Origin: Terriglobales bacterium
GTDB taxonomy: Bacteria; Acidobacteriota; Terriglobia; Terriglobales; Acidobacteriaceae
Reading direction: 5' to 3'
Length of the DNA stretch: 64,000 nucleotides
Assembly (NCBI GenBank): GCA_037443605.1
Contig: JBBIOA010000017.1
Span: 20,739-84,738, forward strand
A program made the translations under genes and the position numbers. The notes beneath the pieces were generated by a model that saw only the letters and a program-made list of their open reading frames with translations, did not search any database and was not told the DNA's origin. Positions 19,002-28,255 of the stretch are shown piece after piece (positions within the stretch are counted from its first letter, which is position 1; every line of letters starts with the position of its first letter).

Positions 19002-19478
19002 TCAGCTCTTCCGCGTTTGCTGTTGCCACTCATAGTTCAGGTAGATCATCTGTCCAACGTGGTGCTGCATGTGGGCGGCACACTGCACGACCATGTCGAG
19101 ACGGCACGAGGCGTTTGCGCCCACGGCCGAATACGTCGCGGCCCAATCGCCCTGAGACTGTGACTTAATCGTCTTCACCACCATGGCGACGGCTTCGTCG
19201 AGCCCGCGCAGAGCTTGCTCTTTGGACGGCGGGTTGGGATCGCTGAACTCGCGCGGACGGTCGCGTACGTAGCCGGTGTTGGCGATCTGCGCGCCGATGT
19301 AGTAGTTCAGGTTGCCCGTCAAGTGCAGCACGAGGTGGCCGAAGCTGTTGCCAAACGAAAATGGCTTGGCCCAGAACTGCTGCTCGGTCAGCGGTCCAGC
19401 CAGCTCGCGGATGCGGGCAAGGTTCCCGGAGTAGCGATCGCCGAGAACCGTGGCCAGCGTGACGTTGAGATCGGACAC
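19002..19478 (-). CDS. DinB-family (DinB_2/DUF1572-like) four-helix metalloprotein
   Basis: 158 aa with the His triad context HLVLHLTGNLNYY ... CAAHMQHHVGQMIYL. Confidence 0.75.
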   Translation of the reverse strand: MSDLNVTLATVLGDRYSGNLARIRELAGPLTEQQFWAKPFSFGNSFGHLVLHLTGNLNYYIGAQIANTGYVRDRPREFSDPNPPSKEQALRGLDEAVAMVVKTIKSQSQGDWAATYSAVGANASCRLDMVVQCAAHMQHHVGQMIYLNYEWQQQTRKS

Positions 19479-19517
19479 TTTCTCCCCCTTCGCAGGCGCG
19501 TGCGCCCACGCTTTCCC

Positions 19518-20597
19518 CTAAACCGCGCTGGCGGCTTCCTGCTTGAGCTTTTCGGCCTGATAGTGCGTGACCAGCGCTTCGATGAGCGGCTGGAGTTTGC
19601 CGTCCATGACGGATTCAAGCTGATGGATCGTGAACCCGATGCGGTGATCGGTGAGCCGGTTCTGCGGGAAATTGTAGGTACGAATCTTCTCGCTGCGGTC
19701 GCCGGAGCCCACCATCGCTTTGCGCTCCTTTGCCAGGGCCTGCTGTTGCTTCTCCATTTCGATTTCGTAGAGGCGGGAGCGCAGCACGCGCATGCCTTTC
19801 TCGCGATTCTTGATCTGCGATTTCTCGTCCTGGCAGCTTACGACCGTGTTGGTCGGAATGTGCGTGATGCGAACCGCGGAGTAGGTGGTGTTGACCGACT
19901 GTCCTCCAGGACCCGAAGAGCAGAAGGTGTCGATGCGCAGGTCTTTGGCTTCAATCTTGATGTCGACGTCTTCGGCTTCGGGCAGCACCGCCACGGTGAC
20001 GGCGGAGGTGTGTACTCGCCCCTGCTGCTCGGTCGCGGGCACGCGCTGCACGCGGTGCACCCCGCTCTCGTACTTCAGTTGCGAGAACACGCGATTGCCT
20101 TCGATGATAGCGATGACTTCCTTCAGCCCGCCGGCCGACGATTCCGAAGACGAGAGCACTTCGACCTTCCAGCGCTGGGTTTCCGCGTACCGCGTATACA
20201 TGCGGAAGACTTCGGCCACAAAAAGCGTGGCCTCGTCCCCGCCAGTGCCGGCACGGATTTCCAGGATGACGTTCTTCTCGTCGTTGGGATCCTTGGGGAT
20301 GAGCAGGACTTTCAATTCCTCCTCAACCTTCAAGAGGCGCGCTTCGAGCTGGTTGAGCTCTTCCTGGGCGTAGGCGCGCATGTCGGGATCTTTTTCTTCG
20401 GCGACCATCGCTTTACTATCGGCGATGCCCTTGGTCAGATCCTTGTGCTCGCGATACTTGTCGACGATATCGGTGAGTTCAGCGTGGGCCTTGGCGGTCT
20501 TCTGGTATTTCGCCGAGTCGTTGATGATCTCCGGCGACGCCAGGGCTTTGGTCAGCTCTTCGTAGCGTGCTTCGATTTGGTCCAGGCGTTCAAACAT
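19518..20597 (-). CDS. prfA: Peptide chain release factor 1
   Basis: GGQ motif ([11 protein letters not shown]) and RF1-type P-x-T anticodon tripeptide ([13 protein letters not shown]). Typical N-terminus [15 protein letters not shown]. Confidence 0.95.
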   Translation of the reverse strand: MFERLDQIEARYEELTKALASPEIINDSAKYQKTAKAHAELTDIVDKYREHKDLTKGIADSKAMVAEEKDPDMRAYAQEELNQLEARLLKVEEELKVLLIPKDPNDEKNVILEIRAGTGGDEATLFVAEVFRMYTRYAETQRWKVEVLSSSESSAGGLKEVIAIIEGNRVFSQLKYESGVHRVQRVPATEQQGRVHTSAVTVAVLPEAEDVDIKIEAKDLRIDTFCSSGPGGQSVNTTYSAVRITHIPTNTVVSCQDEKSQIKNREKGMRVLRSRLYEIEMEKQQQALAKERKAMVGSGDRSEKIRTYNFPQNRLTDHRIGFTIHQLESVMDGKLQPLIEALVTHYQAEKLKQEAASAV

Positions 20598-20627
20598 CGT
20601 CGTCGGTCGTTAGTCGTCGGTCGTTGG
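20598..20627. repeat. Left 30-nt inverted-repeat arm of the four-helix-bundle cassette
   Basis: cgtcgtcggtcgttagtcgtcggtcgttgg, itself a tandem of GTCGTCGGTCGTT-like units. It abuts the prfA ATG (20597). Confidence 0.8.
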
Positions 20628-20637
20628 CCGTGCGCTT

Positions 20638-21003
20638 TCAGGCTGCCCTTTCAGCAATCGAGTTCATCAAGCTGTTCAGGCAGCGACCAATGGCGTCTGA
20701 CGACTCTAACAACTGTTTCCCTTCTTCCTGCGTTATGTATTGTAATTCCCGCGCGATCATTAGCTGGGTTTGGACCTCCAGCAGCGACCCTCGTGCGTGT
20801 AACAGAAAGCTTCTGAATTCGCGATCTGAGCGGTGTCCCTTGCCTTCCGCTATGTTGCTTGGTATCGAAACTGCGGCGCGTCGTAGCTGCTGGCTTAAGC
20901 CGTAGAGCTCATGCTTTGGGAAGTTGCCGGTCACGCGATAGACACCTATCGCGAACTTCATTGACTCCTGCCAAACGCGCAGATCCTTAAATGACGATGG
21001 CAT
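20638..21003 (-). CDS. Four-helix-bundle protein (23S rRNA intervening-sequence protein / Avd-like family)
   Basis: Start taken at MPSSFKDLRVWQ, preceded by GGAGGAATAAC. Family signature DLRVWQ...A..VY.....FP..E.YGL..QLRRAAVSIPSNIAEG...S..EF..FL..A.GSL.E..TQL. Confidence 0.85.
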   Translation of the reverse strand: MPSSFKDLRVWQESMKFAIGVYRVTGNFPKHELYGLSQQLRRAAVSIPSNIAEGKGHRSDREFRSFLLHARGSLLEVQTQLMIARELQYITQEEGKQLLESSDAIGRCLNSLMNSIAERAA

Positions 21004-21047
21004 GTTATTCCTCCAGTCATCAACTGTAGGCGTCAAAGGCTGCAAGG

Positions 21048-21077
21048 CCAACGACTAACGACCATCGACGAACGACG
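21048..21077. repeat. Right 30-nt inverted-repeat arm of the four-helix-bundle cassette
   Basis: ccaacgactaacgaccatcgacgaacgacg. By hand alignment 24/30 positions are Watson-Crick complementary to the left arm (27/30 counting G-U in RNA). Confidence 0.8.
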
Positions 21078-21115
21078 CTTTTCCAAGTTGGGAATCGTAT
21101 TCGCGGAGGCACCCG

Positions 21116-22159
21116 CTACGCAATCACCAGTTCGCCACCCTGTTCCTTTTCGAGGGACATGGCTTGGTCGAGGGCTGCGATGGCGCACTGAGCCTGATCG
21201 TCGGTGGGCGCTTTGGTCGTGATGCGCTGCAGCCAAAGCCCGGGGGCGGTCATCAGGGCGAAAAGCGATCCGCGATGTTTGGCGGCAAAGCGGATGATCT
21301 CGTACGAAACTCCGGCGATGACCGGCAGCAGCACAATGCGTGAAGCGAAGCGTGCCCAGAAAGTCGTGTACGGAATCAGCATGTAGAAGCCGATCGAGAT
21401 CAGCATCACCGTCATCAGAAAGCTCGTCCCGCAACGCGGATGGTAGGTGGAATACTTCTGAACCGCGCCCACGTCGAGCGGATCGCCGTTCTCGAAGGCA
21501 AAGACTGTCTTGTGCTCGGCTCCGTGATACTCGTACACCCGGCGAATATCCTTCCACAGCGAAACTCCCCAGATAAAGAACAGGAACAATCCTAGCCGGA
21601 TGGCGCCGTCGACCAGGTTGAACACGATGCGCCCGCCGAGCGCCGGGTCAACCTTCTTAAGTTCCGTTGCCGCCAGCAGGGGAACGTACTTGTACATGAA
21701 AATGAAGAAAGCCAGCGAGATGATCAGATTGAAGATCGCCATCCAGTTGCTGATGGTGGCGGCTTTTTCGCGGCTCTCGGCCGTGGCCGGCTTTGGCTGC
21801 GCAGGTGCGGACTTGGATCCATCCGCCGCCGTTTCGTCCATCATGTCTTCAATGGCCACGTTTGCGGAAAAACGGAGCGCCCGGTAGCCCAGATTCATGG
21901 CGTATCCCAGGGTCATGACGCCGCGCACGATCGGCCACGCCATCCACCTATGCTTCTCGGATGGACGCTCGAGCGGTTCGCTCATGGTGACGACCTCACC
22001 CGAGGGCTTGCGGCACGCGATGGCCCAGGCGTGCGGCGAACGCATCATCACGCCTTCGAGAACGGCCTGGCCGCCGACCAGGGTCTCCTCCCCGCTCTCC
22101 AGCGCAGGCAACAACTGGACCGCAGCGAGAAACTTCAGATAATTCCGCAGGACGCGCAC
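21116..22159 (-). CDS. DUF1385-family membrane protein
   Basis: N-terminal soluble part LVGGQAVLEGVMMRSPHAWAIACRKPSGEVV, followed by multiple TM helices and YHGAEHK / YHPRCGTSF motifs typical of DUF1385. Confidence 0.8.
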   Translation of the reverse strand: MRVLRNYLKFLAAVQLLPALESGEETLVGGQAVLEGVMMRSPHAWAIACRKPSGEVVTMSEPLERPSEKHRWMAWPIVRGVMTLGYAMNLGYRALRFSANVAIEDMMDETAADGSKSAPAQPKPATAESREKAATISNWMAIFNLIISLAFFIFMYKYVPLLAATELKKVDPALGGRIVFNLVDGAIRLGLFLFFIWGVSLWKDIRRVYEYHGAEHKTVFAFENGDPLDVGAVQKYSTYHPRCGTSFLMTVMLISIGFYMLIPYTTFWARFASRIVLLPVIAGVSYEIIRFAAKHRGSLFALMTAPGLWLQRITTKAPTDDQAQCAIAALDQAMSLEKEQGGELVIA

Positions 22160-22302
22160 GTTAATTCGATGATCCTTTCAGGCGACACGATCCACATAGT
22201 AGGGTATCACAGGGAGAAACGAGAATTCCCTGCCCCTCTTCGTGACTTTCGCGATGGAACATTCGATCGGCAACTTCAATCTTGTGAACTAGTTAGGATT
22301 CT

Positions 22303-24024
22303 ATGCAACGCCTGGCCTTGGCCTGCGAACAGGTCGCAGCCACCACAAAAAAGCTCGAGAAAACGGCGACCGTTGCCGGCTACCTGAAGTCGCGCACGGT
22401 GGAAGAGGCTGCGGTGTCGGCGATCTTCCTTTCGGGGCGGGCGTTTCCCGTCTGGGAGGAGACGACGCTGCAGATCGGCGGCCGGTCGCTTTGGCAGATT
22501 GTGGGCGAACTGGCGGGGCAGGACGAGAAGGCCCTCACCGCGGCGTATCGGCGTCTGGGCGATCTGGGGGCGGTTGCAGGGGATGTGCTGCCCGCGCAAT
22601 CGGGGCAGGGCCTGTTGATCCTCGAAGTTGCGGGCGCATTCCGGCAAATCGCGGCGGCTCGTGGGCCAGCAGTGAAAGCAACGCTCGTGCAGGATCTTCT
22701 CTCGCGCGCCACGCCGCTGGAAGCGAAGTACGTCATAAAGATCATGACCGGCGATCTTCGCATCGGATTGAAAGAGAGCCTGGTGGAAGAAGCGATTGCC
22801 AAAGCTTTTGCAGCGACGCTGCCGGAAGTGCAGCGCGCCAACATGCTGCTGGGCGATTTGGGCGAGACGCTGCGTCTGGCCTCGGCGGGCAAGCTCGCTG
22901 AGGCGGGGATGCGGCTGTTCCATCCCCTGGGATTCATGCTGGCAAGCCCGATTGCATCCGCCGAAGAAGGGCTGAGCTACTTTGCCGGCGCTGCCGTCGA
23001 GGACAAGTACGATGGCATTCGCGCGCAGGCGCATGTGAGCGAGGGCGAAGTGCGATTGTTCTCGCGCACCCGCGATGACATCAGCGAGTCGTTCCCGGAA
23101 TTGCTGGATGCGCTGGCTGGAATTCCGCAAGCGGCCATCCTCGATGGAGAGATTGTCGCGTGGGATGCCGCGGCAGGACGCGCCCGTCCTTTTAGCGTGC
23201 TGCAGCAGCGGCTGGGACGGAAGAAAGTCAGCGACAGGATTCTACGCGAGCTTCCGGTCGCGTTTCTGGTGTTTGACGTTTTGTACGCCGCCGGGGAACT
23301 GAGAATTGACCGTCCGTTGCGGGAGCGCGCGCAACTGCTGGACGAGTTGCTCACCTTGCCGCGAAGGGTCATTCACCACGGAGGCACAGAGGCACCGAGA
23401 AGAACCGGGCAAAGAGAATTGTGCTTCGGCGGTGAAAACGAAGTCGACGCGGCCCGCATCATCCGCGCGCCCGTATTCCAGGCTGCGTCCGCGGATGAGC
23501 TAGAAGAACTCTTCGGCGCCGCCCAGGAACGCGGCAACGAAGGGTTGATGATCAAGGACGCGAATTCAACCTACGCTCCCGGCAAGCGCGGCAAGGCGTG
23601 GCTGAAGATGAAGCGCGAACTGGCTACGCTCGACGTTGTCGTGACAGCAGTGGAGTATGGCCACGGCAAGCGGATCGGCGTATTGAGCGACTATACGTTC
23701 GCGGTGTGGGACCGGGATTCAAAGGCAGACGAAGCTCGCCTGGTGAACATCGGCAAAGCGTACTCGGGACTAACCGACGCCGAGATTGCCGAGATGACGC
23801 AGTGGTTCCTGGAGCACACAGTGGAAGATCAGGGATTCCGGCGGGTGGTCGAACCGAAGATCGTGCTGGAAGTAGCCTTCAACAACATGATGCGCTCCGA
23901 CCGCCACGAGAGCGGCTACGCGCTGCGTTTCCCCAGAATCGTCCGACTGCGGCCAGACAAGTCGGCGGAAGAGGCAGATACGATCGAGCGAGCGCGGGAG
24001 ATCTACGCGCGACAAACCCTGTAG
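22303..24024 (+). CDS. ATP-dependent DNA ligase (DBD + adenylation + OB, LigB/Lig1-like)
   Basis: Motif I KYDGIRAQ, EGLMIKD, GKRGKAWLKMKRE, and C-terminal OB with LRFPRIVRLRPDK. Confidence 0.9.
   Translation: MQRLALACEQVAATTKKLEKTATVAGYLKSRTVEEAAVSAIFLSGRAFPVWEETTLQIGGRSLWQIVGELAGQDEKALTAAYRRLGDLGAVAGDVLPAQSGQGLLILEVAGAFRQIAAARGPAVKATLVQDLLSRATPLEAKYVIKIMTGDLRIGLKESLVEEAIAKAFAATLPEVQRANMLLGDLGETLRLASAGKLAEAGMRLFHPLGFMLASPIASAEEGLSYFAGAAVEDKYDGIRAQAHVSEGEVRLFSRTRDDISESFPELLDALAGIPQAAILDGEIVAWDAAAGRARPFSVLQQRLGRKKVSDRILRELPVAFLVFDVLYAAGELRIDRPLRERAQLLDELLTLPRRVIHHGGTEAPRRTGQRELCFGGENEVDAARIIRAPVFQAASADELEELFGAAQERGNEGLMIKDANSTYAPGKRGKAWLKMKRELATLDVVVTAVEYGHGKRIGVLSDYTFAVWDRDSKADEARLVNIGKAYSGLTDAEIAEMTQWFLEHTVEDQGFRRVVEPKIVLEVAFNNMMRSDRHESGYALRFPRIVRLRPDKSAEEADTIERAREIYARQTL
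23374..23399 (+). repeat. Family-E repeat core (CACCACnGAGGnCACAGAGG..ACCGAG) embedded in-frame in the ligase gene
   Basis: caccacggaggcacagaggcaccgag versus the reverse complement of the intergenic copy at 46753-46780, caccacagaggacacagaggaaaccgag. About 24/26 match with small gaps, by hand. Confidence 0.55.
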
Positions 24025-24216
24025 AGCACGGCTTCCGTTTGGGCCATCGCGTTGCGGACTGGAGCGATGGACGCGGTTCAATAATCAGAGCGCAGATACG
24101 ATTCCGGTGGGTGGGGCCTTGCATTCGAGCTACTCCGAAATAAAAATCGAGCAAGCGGGAGGATGTAGCGTTGGCAGCCTATCGGTAGTCTGGGAGCTCG
24201 TCAAGCAAGGCGTCGG

Positions 24217-25143
24217 CTAATGATGATGGTGATGCGCCTCGCCCTCGCTCACCGGCATCACGCAACCATGCGCCACTTCGCAGTTCACGTGCTCGAACTG
24301 GATCGTGGTGTGGTCGATGCGGAAACCGTGGTGCAGGCATTCCTTGACGTCGCGCAGAATGCGCTCGCTCACCGACGGAGGAATGTCGGCAATCGAAATG
24401 TGGCAGGAGAGCGCGTGCGATTCCGATCCGAGGCTCCACACGTGCAGATCATGGACATCATTGACGCCTTCGACCCCACGGATGGCGGACTCAATTTTTT
24501 CCAGTTCCATGCCGCGCGGCGTGCCTTCGAGCAGAATGTTCAACGTCTCGCGCACAATGCCAATCCCGGACCAGAGGATCAAAGCTCCGATCGCGATGGA
24601 AAGCGCGGGATCAATCCAGAACTTGCCGCTGACCCAGATCATCGCGCCGCCGGCGATCACGGCAGCGGTGGAAATAGTATCCCCGACCTCATGCAGCAGG
24701 GCGCTGCGAATGTTGACATCGCCGCCGGAGCGATACAACAGGAGCGCGATCGCGCCGTTCATCACGACGCCCGCGCCCGCAACCCACATCATCAAGTTCG
24801 CCTGCACCGGCTCGGGATGCTGGATGCGATGGAACGCCTCGTAGAAAATGCCGAACGACACGATCACCAAGGAACTGGCATTGACCAGCGCCGCCAGCAC
24901 GCCGGCGCGCTGATATCCGTAGGTCTTGGTGGAACTGGCCGGCCGCCCTTGAAAATACACCGCCACCAGCGACAGCAGAAGCGCGAGAAAATCAGAAAGA
25001 TTGTGTCCCGCCTCGGAAAGCAACGCCAGCGAATGCGCGCGAATGCCGGCCACGACCAGCAGCACGATGTAGGCGAGCGTCACGCCCAGCGAAATCTTCA
25101 GCACTCGCTGCGGCGAGCCCGCGCCATGAACGTGCACGTGCAT
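24217..25143 (-). CDS. Cation diffusion facilitator (CzcD/ZitB-like) divalent-metal efflux transporter
   Basis: Six TM helices with HSLALLSEAGHNLSD (TM2 metal site) and HEVGDT (TM5), a cytoplasmic C-terminal domain, and a His-rich tail (EGEAHHHHH). Confidence 0.9.
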   Translation of the reverse strand: MHVHVHGAGSPQRVLKISLGVTLAYIVLLVVAGIRAHSLALLSEAGHNLSDFLALLLSLVAVYFQGRPASSTKTYGYQRAGVLAALVNASSLVIVSFGIFYEAFHRIQHPEPVQANLMMWVAGAGVVMNGAIALLLYRSGGDVNIRSALLHEVGDTISTAAVIAGGAMIWVSGKFWIDPALSIAIGALILWSGIGIVRETLNILLEGTPRGMELEKIESAIRGVEGVNDVHDLHVWSLGSESHALSCHISIADIPPSVSERILRDVKECLHHGFRIDHTTIQFEHVNCEVAHGCVMPVSEGEAHHHHH

Positions 25144-25190
25144 CGCTTAAGTTTACGGGCTGGCGGGAGGACGCTTCAAGCGGGCCGCGA

Positions 25191-28037
25191 TCAACTCTTG
25201 CTCAGGCTGCTCAGGTAGCGGTTGTTGTGGAATGCCGTCGACTTCTGGACGAACTCCAGCACGCGGAACATGCGCTCGCGGGCCTCGCGATTCATTTCGC
25301 GGAACTGAACCGCAACCCCAGAGCCCGGATCGAGGCGGGCCACCACTCCTTCGGTCGTCAGACTGGGATCGTCCATCGAGAAGAGAATCTTGAGTTTGCT
25401 GCCCGGACCAAGGATGGTGCTGGTTTCGACGAAGCAGCCTCCCATGCTGATATCGGTGAGATTGGCGAACTGCGGCTGCCCGCCTTCTTCGGTCTGCAAT
25501 TCGATGGTCACCCGGCACTTCATGCGCGGGTGCGACCGGCGGTCCTTGTAGGCCAGCTGCTTCTGCTTCTCGATGTACATGCGGCGGTCGGCTTCGGCCA
25601 GCAGCTGCTCGGCATCCTTGCCATCTTCCGGATACATCGCGCGGCCTACGCTAAGCGAAAGGATATCCTCGCCGCACACTTCGTGACCTGCCTGCTTGGC
25701 CAGCGCGCGCATCTGTTCGGCCTTCTTTCCGGCGGCGTCCGCGGCGAGACCGGGCGCCACGACGACGAATTCGTCGCCGCCCATGCGCGCCACGTAGTCA
25801 TACTCGCGGCAGCTGTCTTTCAGCGCCTGGGCGAACAGCCGCAGAACGCGATTGCCTTCCAGGTGGCCGAAGCGGTCGTTGATCTGCTTGAAGCCGTCCA
25901 TGTCGGAAACCATGACGGTCAGGGTGGAGTTGTCGCGTTTGCAGCGCGCCAGTTCGCGATCCAGTTGCAAGAACAGCGAACGCGCATTCGGCAGGCCGGT
26001 CAGATAGTCCGTGGTGGCCGAACTTTCCGCCTGTTGATACTTCAGCGCATTTTCGATCGACAGCGCCATCTTGCTGCTTACCGCCAGCAGAATGCGCAGG
26101 TGGTCGGAAGTGAACGCATCGCGGTCGCCCCTGTAAAGCGCCAGGACGCCGATCACGCCGGCCACGCCTTCCAGCGGCACCGCCAGCGCGGAGCGCAGCG
26201 TGCTGAATTTCGACGGATCGTTCAGGTAGCCGGGCTCAACTGACGGATTGCCGTTGATGATGGGCTTGCGATTCTGCGCCACCCAGCCGGAGAGTCCCTG
26301 CCCAACCGGAATCCGCAGCGACGAGAACAGGCGATAGTTGTCGCCATTTACATACTCGGGAACCAGCTCCTCATCGCGCTTCACGTAGATGGCAATGGCG
26401 TCATACGGCACCATCGGCTTGAGCTTCACCGAGAACACCGACAGCGTTTCTCCGAGACTTAACGACGCACCCAGATCCTGGCTCAACTCGAACAGCGATT
26501 GCGCTTCCTGGCGCGCCGCCGCGATGGACGAGAGGAATGTCGTCTCGCGACCGGCGTAATCCTGCGCAACCGCGTTCTCAAAGCCGGCGGCCGGCTCCAG
26601 CCCACGCTCGATCTTGATGGCAGTCGAGAGAGGCCCGTTCGGATCGGAGCTGGACTTGGCCACCGCCATTTCTTCCAGATCCCGGTAGCGCTTCTGCAGA
26701 ATGTCCACGACTTTCGGATCGAAGGATTTACCGGACTCTGCGGCGAGCTTCTGCATGACCTCCTTGAGCGGCAGCGCACGCCGGTACTGGCGATCGGAAG
26801 CCAGCGCATCGAGGTAGTCGACTGCCGAGAGGATCCGCGCGCCAGTGGGAATCTCCGCCCCTTTCAGGCCCAGCGGATATCCGGAACCGTCCCACTTCTC
26901 GTGGTGGGCGCGTACGATCGGCACCACCGGATACGGGAAGCGTACGCGCTCCAGGATCTCGGCGCCGACCAGCGTGTGAATCTTCATCTTCTCGAACTCT
27001 TCCGGCGTCAGTCTTCCCGGCTTCGAGATGATGTGCTCGGGCACGGCCAATTTCCCGATGTCGTGCAGCAGCGCCGCTGCGTGCAGAGCTTCAAGCTCCG
27101 GGCCGTTCACGCCCAGTTCTTTTGCGACTTCAATGGCATAGACGCGCACGCGTTGCAGGTGCTCGTGCGTCGTATGATCCTTGGCTTCAATCGCCAGCGC
27201 CAGCGCTTCGATGGTGCGCAGGTGCAGGTTCGCCATTTCCTCGACGTGGCGCTTTTCGTCTTCCAGTTTGCCGAGGTAGAGCCGGTACGAGCGGTAGATC
27301 AGGTACACCGCCGGCACCAGCAGCAGGGAGGTTTCCCAGTTGAAACTGTGATTCAGCCAGCCCACCGCTCCGGCAATTCCCGCTCCCACCAGATAGTAGG
27401 GAAACGACCAGAAGTAGCAATCGACCAGAATGCGCGTCAAGGGGCGCCGTTCGGTTAGCGAGATCACGGTGGCGATCGAACCGGCGTTGGCGATGAAGTA
27501 CACCGTCGCCGCCACGCCCAGCAATACAGCCGGGCTTCCGATCAGCGTCATCGCCAGCGGATGGTGGTAGACCCAATAAGCCAGGGCGGTAGACACCGAG
27601 CCGGCGCACACGTTGAAGGTCACCTGCAGTGCCTGCGGACGCTCCGGATACAGGCACTGGGCCAGCATGGAAACCGCACCCAGAATCAGCGTCTCGGTAA
27701 AGCTCAGTTCCAGCACCCCGATCAGAATGAACAGGAAATTGACCGAAAGGGTGCCGGTGATCCCCGGAAGGTTCACTTTCATCCGCGAGGACAGAATGGC
27801 GATGCCCAGGTAGCAGATGAATTCCGCGATGTTCTTGCTGCTCTGATGAATGCCGCCGTAAATCAGCGTCGCCAGGCCGGCCAGCACCGTCACGGTGATG
27901 AACAGACGCGCCGGAATGGACAGACTGCTCCAGGAACGCGAGGGCGTAGGCAGACCGATCGATGCGCTGGAAGCACCAGTCATACGAGTGCGCACACGGC
28001 GGCGCAAGAACCGTCGCGGCTCCTCTATGAATATCAA
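25191..28037 (-). CDS. Multidomain c-di-GMP signalling protein: N-terminal polytopic TM sensor, HD-GYP, GAF, GGDEF, PilZ
   Basis: HD-GYP: HTTHEHL...LLHDIGKLAVP...HHEKWDGSGYP. The GAF region is followed by GGDEF with an intact active site (MGGDEFVV) and an RxxD I-site (REYD, 5 residues upstream). C-terminal PilZ has RRSHPR and DISMGG. An alternative start is at 27983. Confidence 0.85.
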   Translation of the reverse strand: MIFIEEPRRFLRRRVRTRMTGASSASIGLPTPSRSWSSLSIPARLFITVTVLAGLATLIYGGIHQSSKNIAEFICYLGIAILSSRMKVNLPGITGTLSVNFLFILIGVLELSFTETLILGAVSMLAQCLYPERPQALQVTFNVCAGSVSTALAYWVYHHPLAMTLIGSPAVLLGVAATVYFIANAGSIATVISLTERRPLTRILVDCYFWSFPYYLVGAGIAGAVGWLNHSFNWETSLLLVPAVYLIYRSYRLYLGKLEDEKRHVEEMANLHLRTIEALALAIEAKDHTTHEHLQRVRVYAIEVAKELGVNGPELEALHAAALLHDIGKLAVPEHIISKPGRLTPEEFEKMKIHTLVGAEILERVRFPYPVVPIVRAHHEKWDGSGYPLGLKGAEIPTGARILSAVDYLDALASDRQYRRALPLKEVMQKLAAESGKSFDPKVVDILQKRYRDLEEMAVAKSSSDPNGPLSTAIKIERGLEPAAGFENAVAQDYAGRETTFLSSIAAARQEAQSLFELSQDLGASLSLGETLSVFSVKLKPMVPYDAIAIYVKRDEELVPEYVNGDNYRLFSSLRIPVGQGLSGWVAQNRKPIINGNPSVEPGYLNDPSKFSTLRSALAVPLEGVAGVIGVLALYRGDRDAFTSDHLRILLAVSSKMALSIENALKYQQAESSATTDYLTGLPNARSLFLQLDRELARCKRDNSTLTVMVSDMDGFKQINDRFGHLEGNRVLRLFAQALKDSCREYDYVARMGGDEFVVVAPGLAADAAGKKAEQMRALAKQAGHEVCGEDILSLSVGRAMYPEDGKDAEQLLAEADRRMYIEKQKQLAYKDRRSHPRMKCRVTIELQTEEGGQPQFANLTDISMGGCFVETSTILGPGSKLKILFSMDDPSLTTEGVVARLDPGSGVAVQFREMNREARERMFRVLEFVQKSTAFHNNRYLSSLSKS

Positions 28038-28180
28038 GTAACACTTTTAGATACAACGATTTGGCGGCTTTCTGGGAAACTTCGGTAACTTGAAACCGCG
28101 CAAGAGGCCAAGCCACGGAGTTGTCCTCTCGGACAGGCAGGAGTCCCTTAACTCTTTCTGTATCAGTCACGGAGCCAACC

Positions 28181-28194
28181 GGACGCATTCGTCC
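28181..28194. repeat. Small palindromic hairpin GGACGCATTCGTCC (family F)
   Basis: Reverse complement of the 12045-12058 core, located downstream of ilvN. Confidence 0.45.
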
Positions 28195-28255
28195 GGGGGT
28201 GCGGAACGCAGCGATGGCAGACGCCGGGGGCTGGGTCGCCCTCTGCACCAGGCGA

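Noticed and set aside
19215-20816. 533-aa ORF on the plus strand
   Set aside because: It lies entirely antisense to prfA and the four-helix-bundle gene. Its Arg/Gly/Leu/His-rich low-complexity translation is typical of shadow ORFs in high-GC DNA. The opposite strand has unambiguous RF1 motifs.
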